The position numbers and the translations under genes are program-made. 64,000 nucleotides of DNA from Anabaena sphaerica FACHB-251 (GTDB taxonomy: Bacteria; Cyanobacteriota; Cyanobacteriia; Cyanobacteriales; Nostocaceae), in NCBI RefSeq assembly GCF_014696825.1, contig NZ_JACJQU010000006.1, positions 24,542 through 88,541 on the forward strand. Direction: 5' to 3'. Positions 42,051-53,677 of the stretch are shown here, piece by piece (the first letter of the stretch is position 1; the number at the start of each line of letters is the position of its first letter). Under the pieces are notes generated by a model, which saw only the letters and a program-made list of their open reading frames with translations, made no database searches and was not told where the DNA came from.

Positions 42051-43778
42051 CTATGGACAGTGATAAATTTTGTAATCATAGCCATAAATCCCAGGTAAAG
42101 CTTGGGTATCAGCAATACATTTCTTAACCTCTTCAGCTACAGGTGCATGAAAATTAACTAACCATAAATCTAAAGGTCGTGGTAAAGATTTTAAAGTATT
42201 TTCTAGAGCTTTTGTAGAAGTCTTGGGATCTTTTGCTTGATGAGCTAAAAGAAATTGGGAAATAACTTGTGAACCAGAAAATTTTAATTTCCAGGCTATA
42301 CCCATCATTTCACCAGTTTGGACTAAGCTTTTGTGGGTTGTGGCAATGAGAACTGGAACCTGCGAATTTTGCTCAATCAATGGAACTAACAAATCAGGAC
42401 GGTAGTATTTACGATAACCAAGATTAGACGTAACAGTAATGGCGCTTATTAATCCCATCAACCAAATGAGAGTAACGGCTTTTTTTCCCGTGATTCCCCA
42501 TTTACCGATATCTTGATTTTGATAACAAACTGCTAAACTAGCTCCTAATAAAATGATGACAGTGGGAAAGTAAACAAAGTTGTAACGAGCGCCCCGTGTG
42601 ATGTCAATACCTAGAATATAGGTAAATATAAAGAATAAAGCGATCGCTCCCAATACTACCCCAGCTAACACCTGAGTCATTAAACTATTTTCAGGTTGTT
42701 GTAGCTGCAATTTAAACCCACTAACTAAAATCGGTGTTGCCCAAATAAAGAAAATCAACATTACTAACCCAGAGAAAATCACAATTGTGAGTTGTGGTGC
42801 TTCTACTGGCAGCAAAGATATCATTGTAATCCATGCTGCTAAAGCCTGAAAAATAGGGTTTACCCAATCTAGTCCAACGCGCGAAACTTGAATCCAATCA
42901 GTCATACTACTGCGATACGGATTCTGTAAAAAGCTGGGCAACCATACTAAACCTGCTACACCAGTACCAACTGCAACAGCATAAATACGCCACCACAGAG
43001 GTGAATAGGAAATGGGGAGGTGAGGAGAATTTATCTTTACCTTTGCCTGTGTTTGGTGATACCAAGGTAGCAGGATTAAAACCAAAGCTTCAGCGCAGAG
43101 GGTGAGGGTGAAGAAATAGTGAGTAGCAATTCCTAAAGCGTTAATTCCTAGCCAGGAAATTGCTACGGTGATAGGTAATTGTGTATGGTTTTGTAGGTGA
43201 CGTATGGCAATTACTAAGCAAGCTAAGGAAGCCATCACCCACAAAATTGCCAATGTATAATGACGGGCTTCTTGTGCTATAAAAATACCGTAGGGTGAGA
43301 CTGCCATCATAGCAGCGGCCATCTGTCCCACTAATCGAGAACGAAAGGCTAACCTACCTAATATATACGCGAAGGGAATTGAGGCTGCACCTAGTAAAGC
43401 CGGAAGTGAACGCGCTCCAAACAGGGATATTAAGCCTTCTGGATGGGGAAATAGCTTCATCCACAGATGAGCTAGGACAAAATACAGTGGTGGATGGTTA
43501 TCTTGTGTGATTATGGTATGAATCACATCCCCAATACTAGCTGCTGGGTTTGGTTGGAGTGGTTGCAATAAAATATTAGGTGCGATCGCTTGATCAAGGG
43601 GTACTTGTAAAAAATTATTCCCCAGACTAAACACCAAGGTGGCAAATTCATCAGTCCAAGGAGGCTTTCCCGTCAAATTAGCTAAACGTAAGCTAAGACC
43701 AATAATAAACCAAATTAGTAATAGCAGCGGATGAAACCAGCCAGCATAGACAGTAGAGCGCCAATTAAACAATTGCAT
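42051..43778 (-). CDS. GT-C fold membrane glycosyltransferase (family 39/83, PMT/ArnT-like)
   Basis: 575 aa, more than 10 TM helices, DE motif in first periplasmic loop (KPPWTDEFATL). Confidence 0.6.
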   Translation of the reverse strand: MQLFNWRSTVYAGWFHPLLLLIWFIIGLSLRLANLTGKPPWTDEFATLVFSLGNNFLQVPLDQAIAPNILLQPLQPNPAASIGDVIHTIITQDNHPPLYFVLAHLWMKLFPHPEGLISLFGARSLPALLGAASIPFAYILGRLAFRSRLVGQMAAAMMAVSPYGIFIAQEARHYTLAILWVMASLACLVIAIRHLQNHTQLPITVAISWLGINALGIATHYFFTLTLCAEALVLILLPWYHQTQAKVKINSPHLPISYSPLWWRIYAVAVGTGVAGLVWLPSFLQNPYRSSMTDWIQVSRVGLDWVNPIFQALAAWITMISLLPVEAPQLTIVIFSGLVMLIFFIWATPILVSGFKLQLQQPENSLMTQVLAGVVLGAIALFFIFTYILGIDITRGARYNFVYFPTVIILLGASLAVCYQNQDIGKWGITGKKAVTLIWLMGLISAITVTSNLGYRKYYRPDLLVPLIEQNSQVPVLIATTHKSLVQTGEMMGIAWKLKFSGSQVISQFLLAHQAKDPKTSTKALENTLKSLPRPLDLWLVNFHAPVAEEVKKCIADTQALPGIYGYDYKIYHCP

Positions 43779-44129
43779 CTGTTCTCAATTATGATCTTCA
43801 CCTGCTAACAATAACTCAATGCTAGGCTTATGAACTCTCTACCAAATTAGATAAAAATCATCAGATAGCAGGACTGTAAGAGGATGTTTGAAAAGTTTTG
43901 AATGTATAAATAAACCCCTCTCCAAACCTCTCCCCGACGCGGGGAGAGGCTTTGAAACCCCCATTCCCTCGTAGGGAAGGGGGGTTAGGTTGCTGAAGAT
44001 TATTGGTTTCATCTAATACTTTTCAAACAACCTCTAAGCGTTAGGTAAGTTACCGCAGATATGGCTATCACTCCACAAATGTCAAAGGTACAAAGAAGAA
44101 AAGTTACTTTATTGTGGAACTTATTTCTT

Positions 44130-44340
44130 AAAGGTTACTCTAAATCTTCTCTCAGGAGGCGATTTTTGATCATCAATATAATCTTCAAACTGTATAAGTG
44201 ATAAACCTGCATCTACAAATTTCATGACTTCATCTTTAGTCAATGGATAAGGTACTTTTTCTAGTGCATCTTCCACATTTCTACCCCGACAAATGACAAG
44301 TAATATTCCTCCAGGAGCAAGGAAATTTGCTATAATCCTA
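44130..44340 (-). pseudogene. C-terminal fragment of a class I SAM-dependent methyltransferase gene
   Basis: ...FLAPGGILLVICRGRNVEDALEKVPYPLTKDEVMKFVDAGLSLIQFEDYIDDQKSPPERRFRVTFKK*, no N-terminal catalytic part. Confidence 0.45.
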
Positions 44341-44459
44341 ATTTTAGCATTAAATCACCTACTTTGACCCACTAAATGCGATCGCTCTGCCCAAAGCATC
44401 AAAAATGCGATCGCTTTATTTGATTATTGATGATTATTTTTTCTAGACCGCACCTCGAA

Positions 44460-44852
44460 AGCCAAATCTGCACGATAAAAGCACACATCAAACTCTGCAA
44501 AAAAATTCATGTGTCCAAGTATGACGGGTGCTTCTCTAGATTCTGTCCAAGCAAATGCAAGCAAAACAGGCGAAAATTCAGCAATGGTAGCTGATAAAAC
44601 TAATCCCCGTGCTGGGAAATGGGCTAAATTCCCGATTAACTAAATTGGAACTTTTTGCTGTTCCCAAATTGCTCCTAGTTGCAGACCTATTTCATAGGGT
44701 AATACATTAACGCTTGCACCTGTATCTAGCAAAGCCATAACTTCAACAGAATTGTTTTTGTGAGTTAATGTTAATGGTAAATAAGGCATATTGCTGGAAA
44801 CACCAGGAGTATTACTTCGCTCAATAAAGGGAAATCTTTTACTTTCAAGCAT
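44460..44852 (-). pseudogene. Retropepsin-like (clan AA) aspartic protease gene, apparently interrupted by stop/frameshift at 44640
   Basis: ALLDTGASVNVLP (DTGA catalytic motif) in the 70-aa ORF; downstream frame continues with ...FFAEFDVCFYRADL typical of family C-terminus. Confidence 0.4.
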
Positions 44853-45105
44853 AGCCTTCTTCCTTTGCTGCTGTTAGCATATCAGATAATGCTTGAGCCG
44901 CTTCATGGGCATGATATGGAGACCAAACAACGGCTTCAGTAGATGCTAATTGTTCCAGCAGCAAGTTTTCCTGTTCTTTATGATCAGGTGATTCTAAATT
45001 GCATCCTTCTTCTTTTGCTACAGCTAATAATAGAAAATGAATAAGACGCAATTTATCTTGGTGGGATAGCTGACTAACAGTAGGTAGCAATTCATTTAGT
45101 GGCAT
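44845..45105 (-). CDS. Hypothetical small protein (86 aa) upstream of and overlapping retropepsin-like gene
   Basis: ORF overlap of 8 bp suggests operon. Confidence 0.35.
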   Translation of the reverse strand: MPLNELLPTVSQLSHQDKLRLIHFLLLAVAKEEGCNLESPDHKEQENLLLEQLASTEAVVWSPYHAHEAAQALSDMLTAAKEEGYA

Positions 45106-45311
45106 AGCGCAAGTTATGACAGAATGAAATCATAATTCTAAGATAACAGCATTCTAATCGCACTCCACAAACCACAACATCGGAAATGCGTTAGCGAAGC
45201 TTACCGAAGGTATCGCACTCCATAACCTAAAACACCGGAAATGCGTTAGCGAAGCTTACCGAAGGTATCGCACCCATAACCCACAACACCGGAAAAGCCA
45301 TCCTGTTAATA

Positions 45312-48300
45312 TCAATCTTTTACTAATCCCAAATCTGGTAAATTATTAACAATTTCCACCGTTTCTAAACTCACAGTAATTACCTGTTTAATTAACCTAA
45401 CAATATATTCTTCATCATCAAGACGATTTGGATCATTTGTAATTCCGCTACGTTTATCTGTGGTAACTTGATATTGGTCTATAATCCAATCTAAAGCGGA
45501 ACGGTTGCCTAAGCGATATGCAAATACTTCTGGGGGTATACCTGTTAAGGTGAGAAAGTCGTTATATTTGATTTGGGTTTTATCTTTAGAAAGGCGCATT
45601 TTTTCTACACGCCAATCAATGGGTAAGTCTTTATTTTCTAAATGTTTAAGGCGATATTCTGGCTGTTTTTCATAGTTAACATGAATTTCTGCTAGTCGTT
45701 TTCCTGCTGTTGCAAAAGGATGAAATTCTGGTGCAAAGGGAATGCGGGGAAGTTCTCGTTTTAGGTTTGCTGCGTAGCGTTCCCGGTAGTGGGGATGATG
45801 CAGCACTGCATAGATATAATAGAATATATCCCATTTGGTGATTGTTTCATCCTGGTAATGGTTTTGATATTGTTTTAATACCCAATCTGTAATATTTTCT
45901 TGGCGGTTTGTTCCGTCTTCGTGGTAGGTGTAGAAAGAAAACCATTGAGGAACTGTACCAATACCTAAAAAATTAAGGTCAGGAATTTTATTACTGAAAA
46001 GAGTAGCAAATGATTGTTGCGCTCCAAGACCTGTAACACATATAAAACAATTTTCTTCTTCTATTTGGGAAGTTGGAGAAATAGATGGAAATTGATATCT
46101 TCTTTCATTAAGATGTCTATCAAAATATAAGAATGTATTAGTAAAAGGTCGATATAGAGAATGACGTAAATATCGCTCCTCGAAAGCGATACAAGTTTCT
46201 CTCTTAACATAAGTTCTTAAACCATCTGACCAACTTATTTGATGGTCATCTAAATTCACAAAATTATTAATGCTTATTTCTCTATCCTTCCGATTTTTCC
46301 ATCGAAATATATGATCGTTATAAAAATCAATAGTTTTCTGCATATTTTTAGCAAGTTCATCAGCGTTAAAGTTATATGCCCAAGCATCACGGCTTGTTTT
46401 GACTCCTCCGCTATAAAGCTTAAAGATTGCATAAGCCGCTATACCGTCAGTTGCTTTTGCTTCCTTTGTTCCAAGGGGTGTAAAATCCTGATACTCATCT
46501 TTTAAATCGTCTGTTAACCAATTATTTTTATTGTCTGGCTGTAACTCTTTCCATTCTGTGCTGACTACTGTTTTCAGCTTTTCAATAATTTCAAATTTCT
46601 CTTTTCTAGTCGCTCTAAAATCAACCTCATGATAAAATATTTTATGCTCAGTTGAACCTGTTTTTCTGACAAGAAAAGTTATTGATACTCCCACCATCGC
46701 AGCTAATCCAAAAACTGTATGCTGCTCACCTAGAGGAATACCATCACGCATTGAATCTTTGCGTATATCTCCTTGTAAATTAAATATATAAATATTATCA
46801 AAATCATTTTGTAGATGCTTTCGCATTCCATCAAAAGCCAATTTATCTAAAAAACTGCTATTGGTTACAAAAGCAACAACGCCATCATTTTTAAGCCGAT
46901 CAGATGCCCAACGAATTGCTTTAACATAAGGATCGGAAAGAGCATTTTTATTCGTTGCTTTTGAATCCTTAGAGTAGGTTTCACTTACGCGCTTATCCAT
47001 TACTAGATACTTACGATTTCGATTGTTTATATCCTCTGATTGATAAGCATTATAGGGAGGGTTGCCAATAATTACGAAAATAGGAGATTGCTTTTGTCTC
47101 TCAACACGCTTTGTATTTTCTGTAGAAAAAAGTGCTAAACTTAGTTGTTTGGCTTCAGCTAAATCAAAAGTATCAACTAAACAAATTCCTTCAAAAGATT
47201 TATATTCCCCAGCTTGCTCAAAATACTCATGCTCAATATTCATCGAAGCAATATAATAAGGTAATAACATCACCTCATTACAATGTAACTCATGTTCATA
47301 TTTATAAGGTAAAGCCGATTTTTGAATTTCGGCAATTTCTCGCATTATCCGAATAATAAAATTACCCGTTCCCACAAAAGGATCAAGAATATGTACACCC
47401 TTATCAACCAACGATTTACCAAACTCTCTCTGTAAAATATCCTCAACACTTTTCACCATAAAATTAACAATTGGTTGAGGAGTATAAACAATTCCGTGAG
47501 TATCTGCAACTTTCACAGAAAAACCTTGAAAAAATCGCTCATAAATTTTATTGAGAAAATCCTGTTTTTGGGAAAAATTATCAATAGTTGCGGCGGTTTC
47601 TTCAATTGCACCATAAAACCGATCTAAACTGCTTAAAAAATGACTGCGACTAAAAGATTTAGAAGTTAAAGCATTAATCACCTTTTCAATTTCTACAGCA
47701 ATAATATTCCGTTGTGCAAAATCAGGATTATTAAACACACTTCTAAAAATGCGCTCAGTCAATAAATGCTGAATCAACATTTCCTCAACTGCTGCTTCTG
47801 AAAGATTGGGATTAATTGACTGACGACAAAGTTGTAAAAATTCTGCAAAAGCATCAATAAATTTTTTATTTTTCTTACTCTGTTCTCGAATTAATTCTAA
47901 TAATGCCGTTGCGTTTTCCTTAACTCGAAAACCAAACTCATTAGATGCTTTTTCCCATTGTTCAATTGCTGGAGGACGATATTCAAAAAACTGCCGAACT
48001 ACATCTACTAAATTTTGTGGGTTAGTAATATCTTCATCCATTACCAGTTTACCATCCTGGTAAAGAATAGCCCTTTCTGGTTGTTGAAAAATAATATTAT
48101 CTTTAGGATAATCAACAGCCAATTTTTTCTGTACTTCTTTCTTTAAATTATCCTTACTATCCTTAGCTTCCCAATAAGCACGAGGCAAGTTAAAATCATC
48201 AACTAAAGCCCCATCAACACGAAGCGGTTGTTTTTTCGGTCTTTTAATAGCATACTCTTGTACAAGAGTCCATTTAAACTGTTGACAGCAAGACTCAAGC

Positions 48301-48422
48301 AACTTTTGAAAAGCAGCTTTTACCGCAGTTTCATGAACCACACCCAATTTTTTAAAATTTTCTAACTCTTCGTAATATTGCTTAATAGGTTTGTGGGTTG
48401 GTTTGAGATTAAGACTAGACAT
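45312..48422 (-). CDS. Type IIG/IIL restriction-modification fusion enzyme (MmeI-like: N-terminal PD-ExK-like nuclease region plus N6-adenine MTase)
   Basis: 1036 aa; N-terminal D...EAK region (RVDGALVDDFNLPRAYWEAKDSKDNL); MTase motif I LDPFVGTGNF and motif IV GNPPYN; long C-terminal TRD. Confidence 0.65.
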   Translation of the reverse strand: MSSLNLKPTHKPIKQYYEELENFKKLGVVHETAVKAAFQKLLESCCQQFKWTLVQEYAIKRPKKQPLRVDGALVDDFNLPRAYWEAKDSKDNLKKEVQKKLAVDYPKDNIIFQQPERAILYQDGKLVMDEDITNPQNLVDVVRQFFEYRPPAIEQWEKASNEFGFRVKENATALLELIREQSKKNKKFIDAFAEFLQLCRQSINPNLSEAAVEEMLIQHLLTERIFRSVFNNPDFAQRNIIAVEIEKVINALTSKSFSRSHFLSSLDRFYGAIEETAATIDNFSQKQDFLNKIYERFFQGFSVKVADTHGIVYTPQPIVNFMVKSVEDILQREFGKSLVDKGVHILDPFVGTGNFIIRIMREIAEIQKSALPYKYEHELHCNEVMLLPYYIASMNIEHEYFEQAGEYKSFEGICLVDTFDLAEAKQLSLALFSTENTKRVERQKQSPIFVIIGNPPYNAYQSEDINNRNRKYLVMDKRVSETYSKDSKATNKNALSDPYVKAIRWASDRLKNDGVVAFVTNSSFLDKLAFDGMRKHLQNDFDNIYIFNLQGDIRKDSMRDGIPLGEQHTVFGLAAMVGVSITFLVRKTGSTEHKIFYHEVDFRATRKEKFEIIEKLKTVVSTEWKELQPDNKNNWLTDDLKDEYQDFTPLGTKEAKATDGIAAYAIFKLYSGGVKTSRDAWAYNFNADELAKNMQKTIDFYNDHIFRWKNRKDREISINNFVNLDDHQISWSDGLRTYVKRETCIAFEERYLRHSLYRPFTNTFLYFDRHLNERRYQFPSISPTSQIEEENCFICVTGLGAQQSFATLFSNKIPDLNFLGIGTVPQWFSFYTYHEDGTNRQENITDWVLKQYQNHYQDETITKWDIFYYIYAVLHHPHYRERYAANLKRELPRIPFAPEFHPFATAGKRLAEIHVNYEKQPEYRLKHLENKDLPIDWRVEKMRLSKDKTQIKYNDFLTLTGIPPEVFAYRLGNRSALDWIIDQYQVTTDKRSGITNDPNRLDDEEYIVRLIKQVITVSLETVEIVNNLPDLGLVKD

Positions 48423-48725
48423 ATAATTAAAAGTGACGTAATAATATTAGCATATTATACAGAATAATTTTGATATTATTACTTGGGTCGCGAAAGTATA
48501 AAAACTTAATATTTTCTCTCTGCGCCTCTGCGTCTCTGCGTGAGGTAACACATTTATCAAAAATCATGTATCCCCCTTGACACAAGGTAAAAAATAGGGT
48601 AAAAAAACCATAAACCCTGAACAAAAACCCCATTTACCCAAAAATTCCCAGGGCAAAAATAGGGAACAAAAAAAACAAAATCCTCAACCAATTGCATCAA
48701 CAAAAACCCTAAATAATCCCCCTTA

Positions 48726-49274
<549 letters not shown>

Positions 49275-49359
49275 CTACAGACAATTTGGTTGTGTTCATA
49301 GTGTTTATTGGGTTGTAAGAATTACTAGTTTGTCATTTATCAATTGTTCTTTATCATTT

Positions 49360-49393
49360 ACTAATGACTAATGACCAATGACCAATGACTAAT
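49360..49393. repeat. STRR heptamer array (ACTAATG/ACCAATG) upstream of nifH
   Basis: Tandem heptamers in nifU-nifH intergenic region. Confidence 0.8.
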
Positions 49394-49395
49394 TT

Positions 49396-50310
49396 CTAAA
49401 CTGCTTCAACGATGATATCTTTGCTGATGCGATCGCGTAACCTTGATTCAATCGCAATCTTTAAAGTTGCAGTGCTGCTAGAACATGAACCGCAAGCACC
49501 TTTGAGAATAACTTGTACTTTATCGCCTACTATATCGTAGAGTTCAACATCTCCCCCGTCGGCGATTAATACGGGTCGGACTTCTTCATCTAATACTTTT
49601 TGAATGAGGGCAATCTTTTGAACATTAGTTAATGGTCTTTGTTGCCCTTCATTAAACATTGAACTAGGAATTTCTGTAGTAGTTTTCGCGCCGTTGGTGT
49701 TGAGATTTTGTTTGGCGGTTTCCTGCTTTACTTCTCTTATTATATCATCGATTTTCGCTAAACAGGAACCGCATCCGCCACCAGCTTTTACATAATTTGT
49801 TACTTGTTCTGCACTGAGAAGATTATTTTGAGCAACTGCCTTTCTAATCTTAGTATCAGTAATACTAAAACAAGTACAAATTAGAGTTCCTTCATCGTCG
49901 TCATCATGGGCAGCTAAAGGAATGCCTCTATAATTAAATATAGCAGCTTCTAAAGCTTCTTGACCCATAACGGAACAGTGCATTTTTGCTTCAGGTAAAC
50001 CACCTAAATATGCAGCGATTTCTTTATTGGTGACTTTCAAAGCTTCATCTAAAGTCAATCCTTTAACCATTTCAGTCAAAGCACTAGAAGAAGCGATCGC
50101 ACTGGTACAACCAAAAGTTTGAAAACGAGCATCAAGAATTTTATCAGATGCAACTTCAACTTTCAAATGTAATCTTAAAGCATCACCGCAAGCAATACTT
50201 CCGACTTCACCAGTTGCAACCTTAATACCAGCTTCGCCAGTTTCTTCAATCGCGCCTTGATTCTTGGGATCGTAAAACAACTCTAATACTTTATCAGTGT
50301 AGTCCCACAT
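49396..50310 (-). CDS. nifU: Fe-S cluster scaffold NifU
   Basis: 304 aa; N-terminal IscU-like domain, central CxxC-rich region, C-terminal Nfu domain (GACGSCSSS). Confidence 0.9.
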   Translation of the reverse strand: MWDYTDKVLELFYDPKNQGAIEETGEAGIKVATGEVGSIACGDALRLHLKVEVASDKILDARFQTFGCTSAIASSSALTEMVKGLTLDEALKVTNKEIAAYLGGLPEAKMHCSVMGQEALEAAIFNYRGIPLAAHDDDDEGTLICTCFSITDTKIRKAVAQNNLLSAEQVTNYVKAGGGCGSCLAKIDDIIREVKQETAKQNLNTNGAKTTTEIPSSMFNEGQQRPLTNVQKIALIQKVLDEEVRPVLIADGGDVELYDIVGDKVQVILKGACGSCSSSTATLKIAIESRLRDRISKDIIVEAV

Positions 50311-50414
50311 AGTTGATTGTAGATTTTGGATTTTAGATTGTTGTTCTTAGATTTCTGTTTGGTAATTGATGATTGGGTAGGGATGATGAGGATATTAGGT
50401 AGCTTGAGATTTTT

Positions 50415-50448
50415 CCCAGTCCCCAGTCCCCAATCCCCAGTCCCCAAT
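50415..50448. repeat. STRR1 array (CCCCAGT/CCCCAAT)
   Basis: Tandem heptamers between nifS and nifU. Confidence 0.85.
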
Positions 50449-51666
50449 CTACCGATTTACTAAAGTGTGTTCCTGCTGTTGTAACCAACCCGCGTCATCA
50501 TTTTTGAAGGGAGATAAAGCGCGGAGACGTTCAACAATTTCCGGCATTACTGCAATTACTTGGTCAATTTCAGCTTCTGTGGTGTAGCGACAAAGACTGA
50601 AGCGAATCGAACCATGTAACGTAGTGTAAGGTAAACCCATTGCTCGTAAAACGTGAGATGGTTCAAGAGAACCCGAAGTACAAGCAGAACCAGAAGAAGC
50701 ACAAATACCATGCTTATTTAGAAGTAACAGAATTGCTTCACCTTCGATATATTTGAAACCGATATTTGTGGTGTTTGGCAATCTATTTTTCACATCACCA
50801 TTCACTGCACAGTCGGGAATTTTAGCAAGTAAGGATTGTTCCAAGCGATCGCGCAACTTTCTTTCTCTCTTAGTTGCTTCTTCCAAGTGGAACATTTCCA
50901 ATTCCGCAGCTTTACCTAAAGCGACAATTGCGGGAACATTCTCTGTACCTGCTCTGCGTCCTCTTTCTTGATGTCCACCAATTAATAAAGGACGGAATCT
51001 CACCCCACGTCTTACATACAAAGCACCAATACCTTTTGGAGCGTGAATTTTATGACCAGACATGGTTAACATATCTATGGTGCTGGTCTTCATATTCAAG
51101 GGTATTTTACCTACCGCTTGTACTGCATCGACGTGAAAGATTGCTCCATATTCTTTAACTCTAGCACCAATTTCTTCAATTGGAAAAATTGTGCCGGTTT
51201 CGTTATTGGCATACATCACTGTTACCAAAGCGGTGTTACCAGTGAGAGAAGCTTCTAACTCATTCAAGTCTATTTGTCCCTTTTCATTAACTGACAAATA
51301 TGTAACTTGATAACCTTGAGTTTCTAATTGTTTGCAGACATTTAAAACTGCGGGATGTTCTACCTGAGTTGTGATGATGTGGCGTTTTTCTGGTTGAGCT
51401 AATAATGCAGCACGAATAGCAGCATTATCACCTTCAGTTCCACAACTGGTAAAAACGATTTCTGATTCATCTGCACCCAGCAAAGCTGCAACTTGTTCTC
51501 TAGCTACTTTCACACTTTTGCCAATTTGTCCGCCAAAGGTGTGCATACTAGAAGGATTAGCGTAGTAGTCCGTTAGATAAGGTAGCATTACCTCGACGAC
51601 TTCAGGATCTACTTTAGTTGTTGCATTATTATCGAGATAGATGCAATTCTTTAACATTTCCGTCAT
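50449..51666 (-). CDS. nifS: Cysteine desulfurase NifS
   Basis: 405 aa class V aminotransferase; SGHKIHAPKG PLP-lysine region; SSGSACTSG active-site Cys loop. Confidence 0.9.
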   Translation of the reverse strand: MTEMLKNCIYLDNNATTKVDPEVVEVMLPYLTDYYANPSSMHTFGGQIGKSVKVAREQVAALLGADESEIVFTSCGTEGDNAAIRAALLAQPEKRHIITTQVEHPAVLNVCKQLETQGYQVTYLSVNEKGQIDLNELEASLTGNTALVTVMYANNETGTIFPIEEIGARVKEYGAIFHVDAVQAVGKIPLNMKTSTIDMLTMSGHKIHAPKGIGALYVRRGVRFRPLLIGGHQERGRRAGTENVPAIVALGKAAELEMFHLEEATKRERKLRDRLEQSLLAKIPDCAVNGDVKNRLPNTTNIGFKYIEGEAILLLLNKHGICASSGSACTSGSLEPSHVLRAMGLPYTTLHGSIRFSLCRYTTEAEIDQVIAVMPEIVERLRALSPFKNDDAGWLQQQEHTLVNR

Positions 51667-51783
51667 TAGTTATTACTTATTAGTTATTACTTATTGGGTT
51701 TTGGTAATTGGTGATTGGTAATAGGTAATAGCTAAAAACTTCTTTACTGTCACCTGTTACCTGTTACCTGTCACCTGTCACCT
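51664..51783. repeat. Compound STRR arrays (TTATTAC/TTGGTAA then CACCTGT/TACCTGT) between fdxN and nifS
   Basis: Several tandem heptamer families back to back. Confidence 0.8.
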
Positions 51784-52120
51784 AAACCACTACTTGTTGC
51801 TTTTTCAATTGTTCAGAGAACTTCTGGGAATAAGTGTTATACCAGCATTCCCAATAATCTTGTTTATTGGTTAACTTCGCTAAGACGCTGTTGTATTTAG
51901 AAAACCAACTTTCCCAATAATCACTTGGTTGTTTCACGCAACCATTCGCAGTGGGACAAACTGCTTTACATTGAGGTACAGTGTGAATACTACCAACGCA
52001 GTTTGTACAAAGTTCAGAGTCAATCAAATAATGATCATCTACTATCTTGACTGCACCAGTGGGACATACAGACAAACAGAGCTTGCAGGAAATACATTGG
52101 CTAGTAATAGTGTAAGCCAT
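51782..52120 (-). CDS. fdxN: Bacterial-type 2[4Fe-4S] ferredoxin FdxN, uninterrupted
   Basis: 112 aa, MAYTITSQCISCKLCLSVCPTGA...CTNCVGSIHTVPQCKAVCPT; continuous ORF (no fdxN element). Confidence 0.85.
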   Translation of the reverse strand: MAYTITSQCISCKLCLSVCPTGAVKIVDDHYLIDSELCTNCVGSIHTVPQCKAVCPTANGCVKQPSDYWESWFSKYNSVLAKLTNKQDYWECWYNTYSQKFSEQLKKQQVVV

Positions 52121-52237
52121 GACTATTCTCCTTATGGGGCGTTGGGCTGTAGTAATGGTGGCATAGAGAAGGCAAAAGTGAGAAGTGAAAAGAATAGAAT
52201 TCTTCTGACTTTTGACTTTTGACTTCCTACATATTCA

Positions 52238-53677
52238 TTACTGATTAGCCGTTACATACTGCTCGTAAAACTCTAAAGCAACTTTCTCGATTACGTCGTA
52301 AGCTTCTACAGTCTGGATGCCAGCTTCGTGCAGTTTCTCTTTAGGACAATTACCTATTTTAGAAACTAAAACTGCTTTACAATCTGCGATCGCTTTCATT
52401 ATATTTTCTGCGGTCGCTTCTTCACCGTATCCACCTTGACAATATTGATCAATCTTGCGATGACTGACAAATTTTACCTCATTACCATCCACTTCGTAGA
52501 CTTGGAATTCCTTCACATGACCGAAGTGTTGGTTAACTAATCCACCACCTTTAGTTGCTACTGCAACTAGGATTTTAGGACTATTAGCAGCTTTCTTGCC
52601 GGTTTGTACCTTGGCTTTTGCTAGTTTAATTTCTTCTCTAAATTTCTCAATTCCTTCATGAACTTCCTGGCGTGTTTCCAGATTGTATTCTGGAGACATT
52701 TCCAAGAATTTATCTTTAGTGAATTCTTGGCTGCGGTCTTCTCCTAATAATCCTACCGCATCTGCTCGACACTGGCGACAGTGACGCATCATTTTCATGT
52801 TACCAGAGCAGTTATCTTGAACTTCTTTGAGTTCTTTCCCTGTGGGTCCACGTTGACCGGTTAAACCGAAGTGTGTTCCATGTTCTGGTGCAGAAATTAG
52901 CGGCATGATGTTGTGCAGGAATGCACCTCTTTCACGAATTGCTTTGTTAACTTCTACCAAATGTTTGTCATTAATTCCGGGAATCATCACCGAATTAACT
53001 TTGCATAAGATATCAGCTTCTTTGAGAGCTTGCAATCCTTCCAACTGCTTTTCTAGGAGAATCTTCGCCCCTTCAATTCCTCTGTAACGCTTGCGTTTAT
53101 AGTGAACCCAAGAATAGATTTGTGCGCCTATTTCTGGGTCGATGGTGTTAAGGGTGATAGTAACGTGATCTATATTTAATTGTTTGATGCGATCAACATA
53201 TTCAGTCAACATCAAACCGTTAGTAGATAAGCACAGTTTAATATCTGGTGCTTTATCTGCAATCAACTCAAAAGTACGGAATGTTTTTTCTGGATTTGCT
53301 AAAGGATCACCAGGTCCAGCAACTCCCAAAACTGTCATTTGGGGAATTTTACCCGCTATCACCAATACTTTATGTGCGGCTTCTTCTGGTGTGAGTAATT
53401 CGCTTACTACTCCAGGACGGCTTTCATTAGCACAGTCATACTTGCGGTTACAATAGTTGCATTGAATGTTGCAAGCTGGGGCAACTGCAACGTGCATCCG
53501 TGCGTAATGGTGGTGAGCTTCTTCGCTATAACAGGGATGTTTGGCGATGCGTTCTATGAGCTTTTCGTCCATTTCTGGGGTTGTGCTGCTATCGCAACCG
53601 CAACCACCTGATTTAGCTTGGTTGATATTAGGTTCCTGTTCGGAGGAGGTGAGGAGTCCTGTAGCCGGTAGTGTCAT
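52238..53677 (-). CDS. nifB: Nitrogenase FeMo-cofactor biosynthesis radical-SAM protein NifB
   Basis: Start set at MTLPATGLL (ORF track extends 42 codons upstream); [14 protein letters not shown] radical-SAM motif; C-terminal NifX-like domain. Confidence 0.9.
   Translation of the reverse strand: MTLPATGLLTSSEQEPNINQAKSGGCGCDSSTTPEMDEKLIERIAKHPCYSEEAHHHYARMHVAVAPACNIQCNYCNRKYDCANESRPGVVSELLTPEEAAHKVLVIAGKIPQMTVLGVAGPGDPLANPEKTFRTFELIADKAPDIKLCLSTNGLMLTEYVDRIKQLNIDHVTITLNTIDPEIGAQIYSWVHYKRKRYRGIEGAKILLEKQLEGLQALKEADILCKVNSVMIPGINDKHLVEVNKAIRERGAFLHNIMPLISAPEHGTHFGLTGQRGPTGKELKEVQDNCSGNMKMMRHCRQCRADAVGLLGEDRSQEFTKDKFLEMSPEYNLETRQEVHEGIEKFREEIKLAKAKVQTGKKAANSPKILVAVATKGGGLVNQHFGHVKEFQVYEVDGNEVKFVSHRKIDQYCQGGYGEEATAENIMKAIADCKAVLVSKIGNCPKEKLHEAGIQTVEAYDVIEKVALEFYEQYVTANQ

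Noticed and set aside
51782-52120. Expected fdxN-interrupting element (as in PCC 7120)
   Set aside because: The fdxN ORF is continuous with both ferredoxin Cys clusters. There is no insertion.
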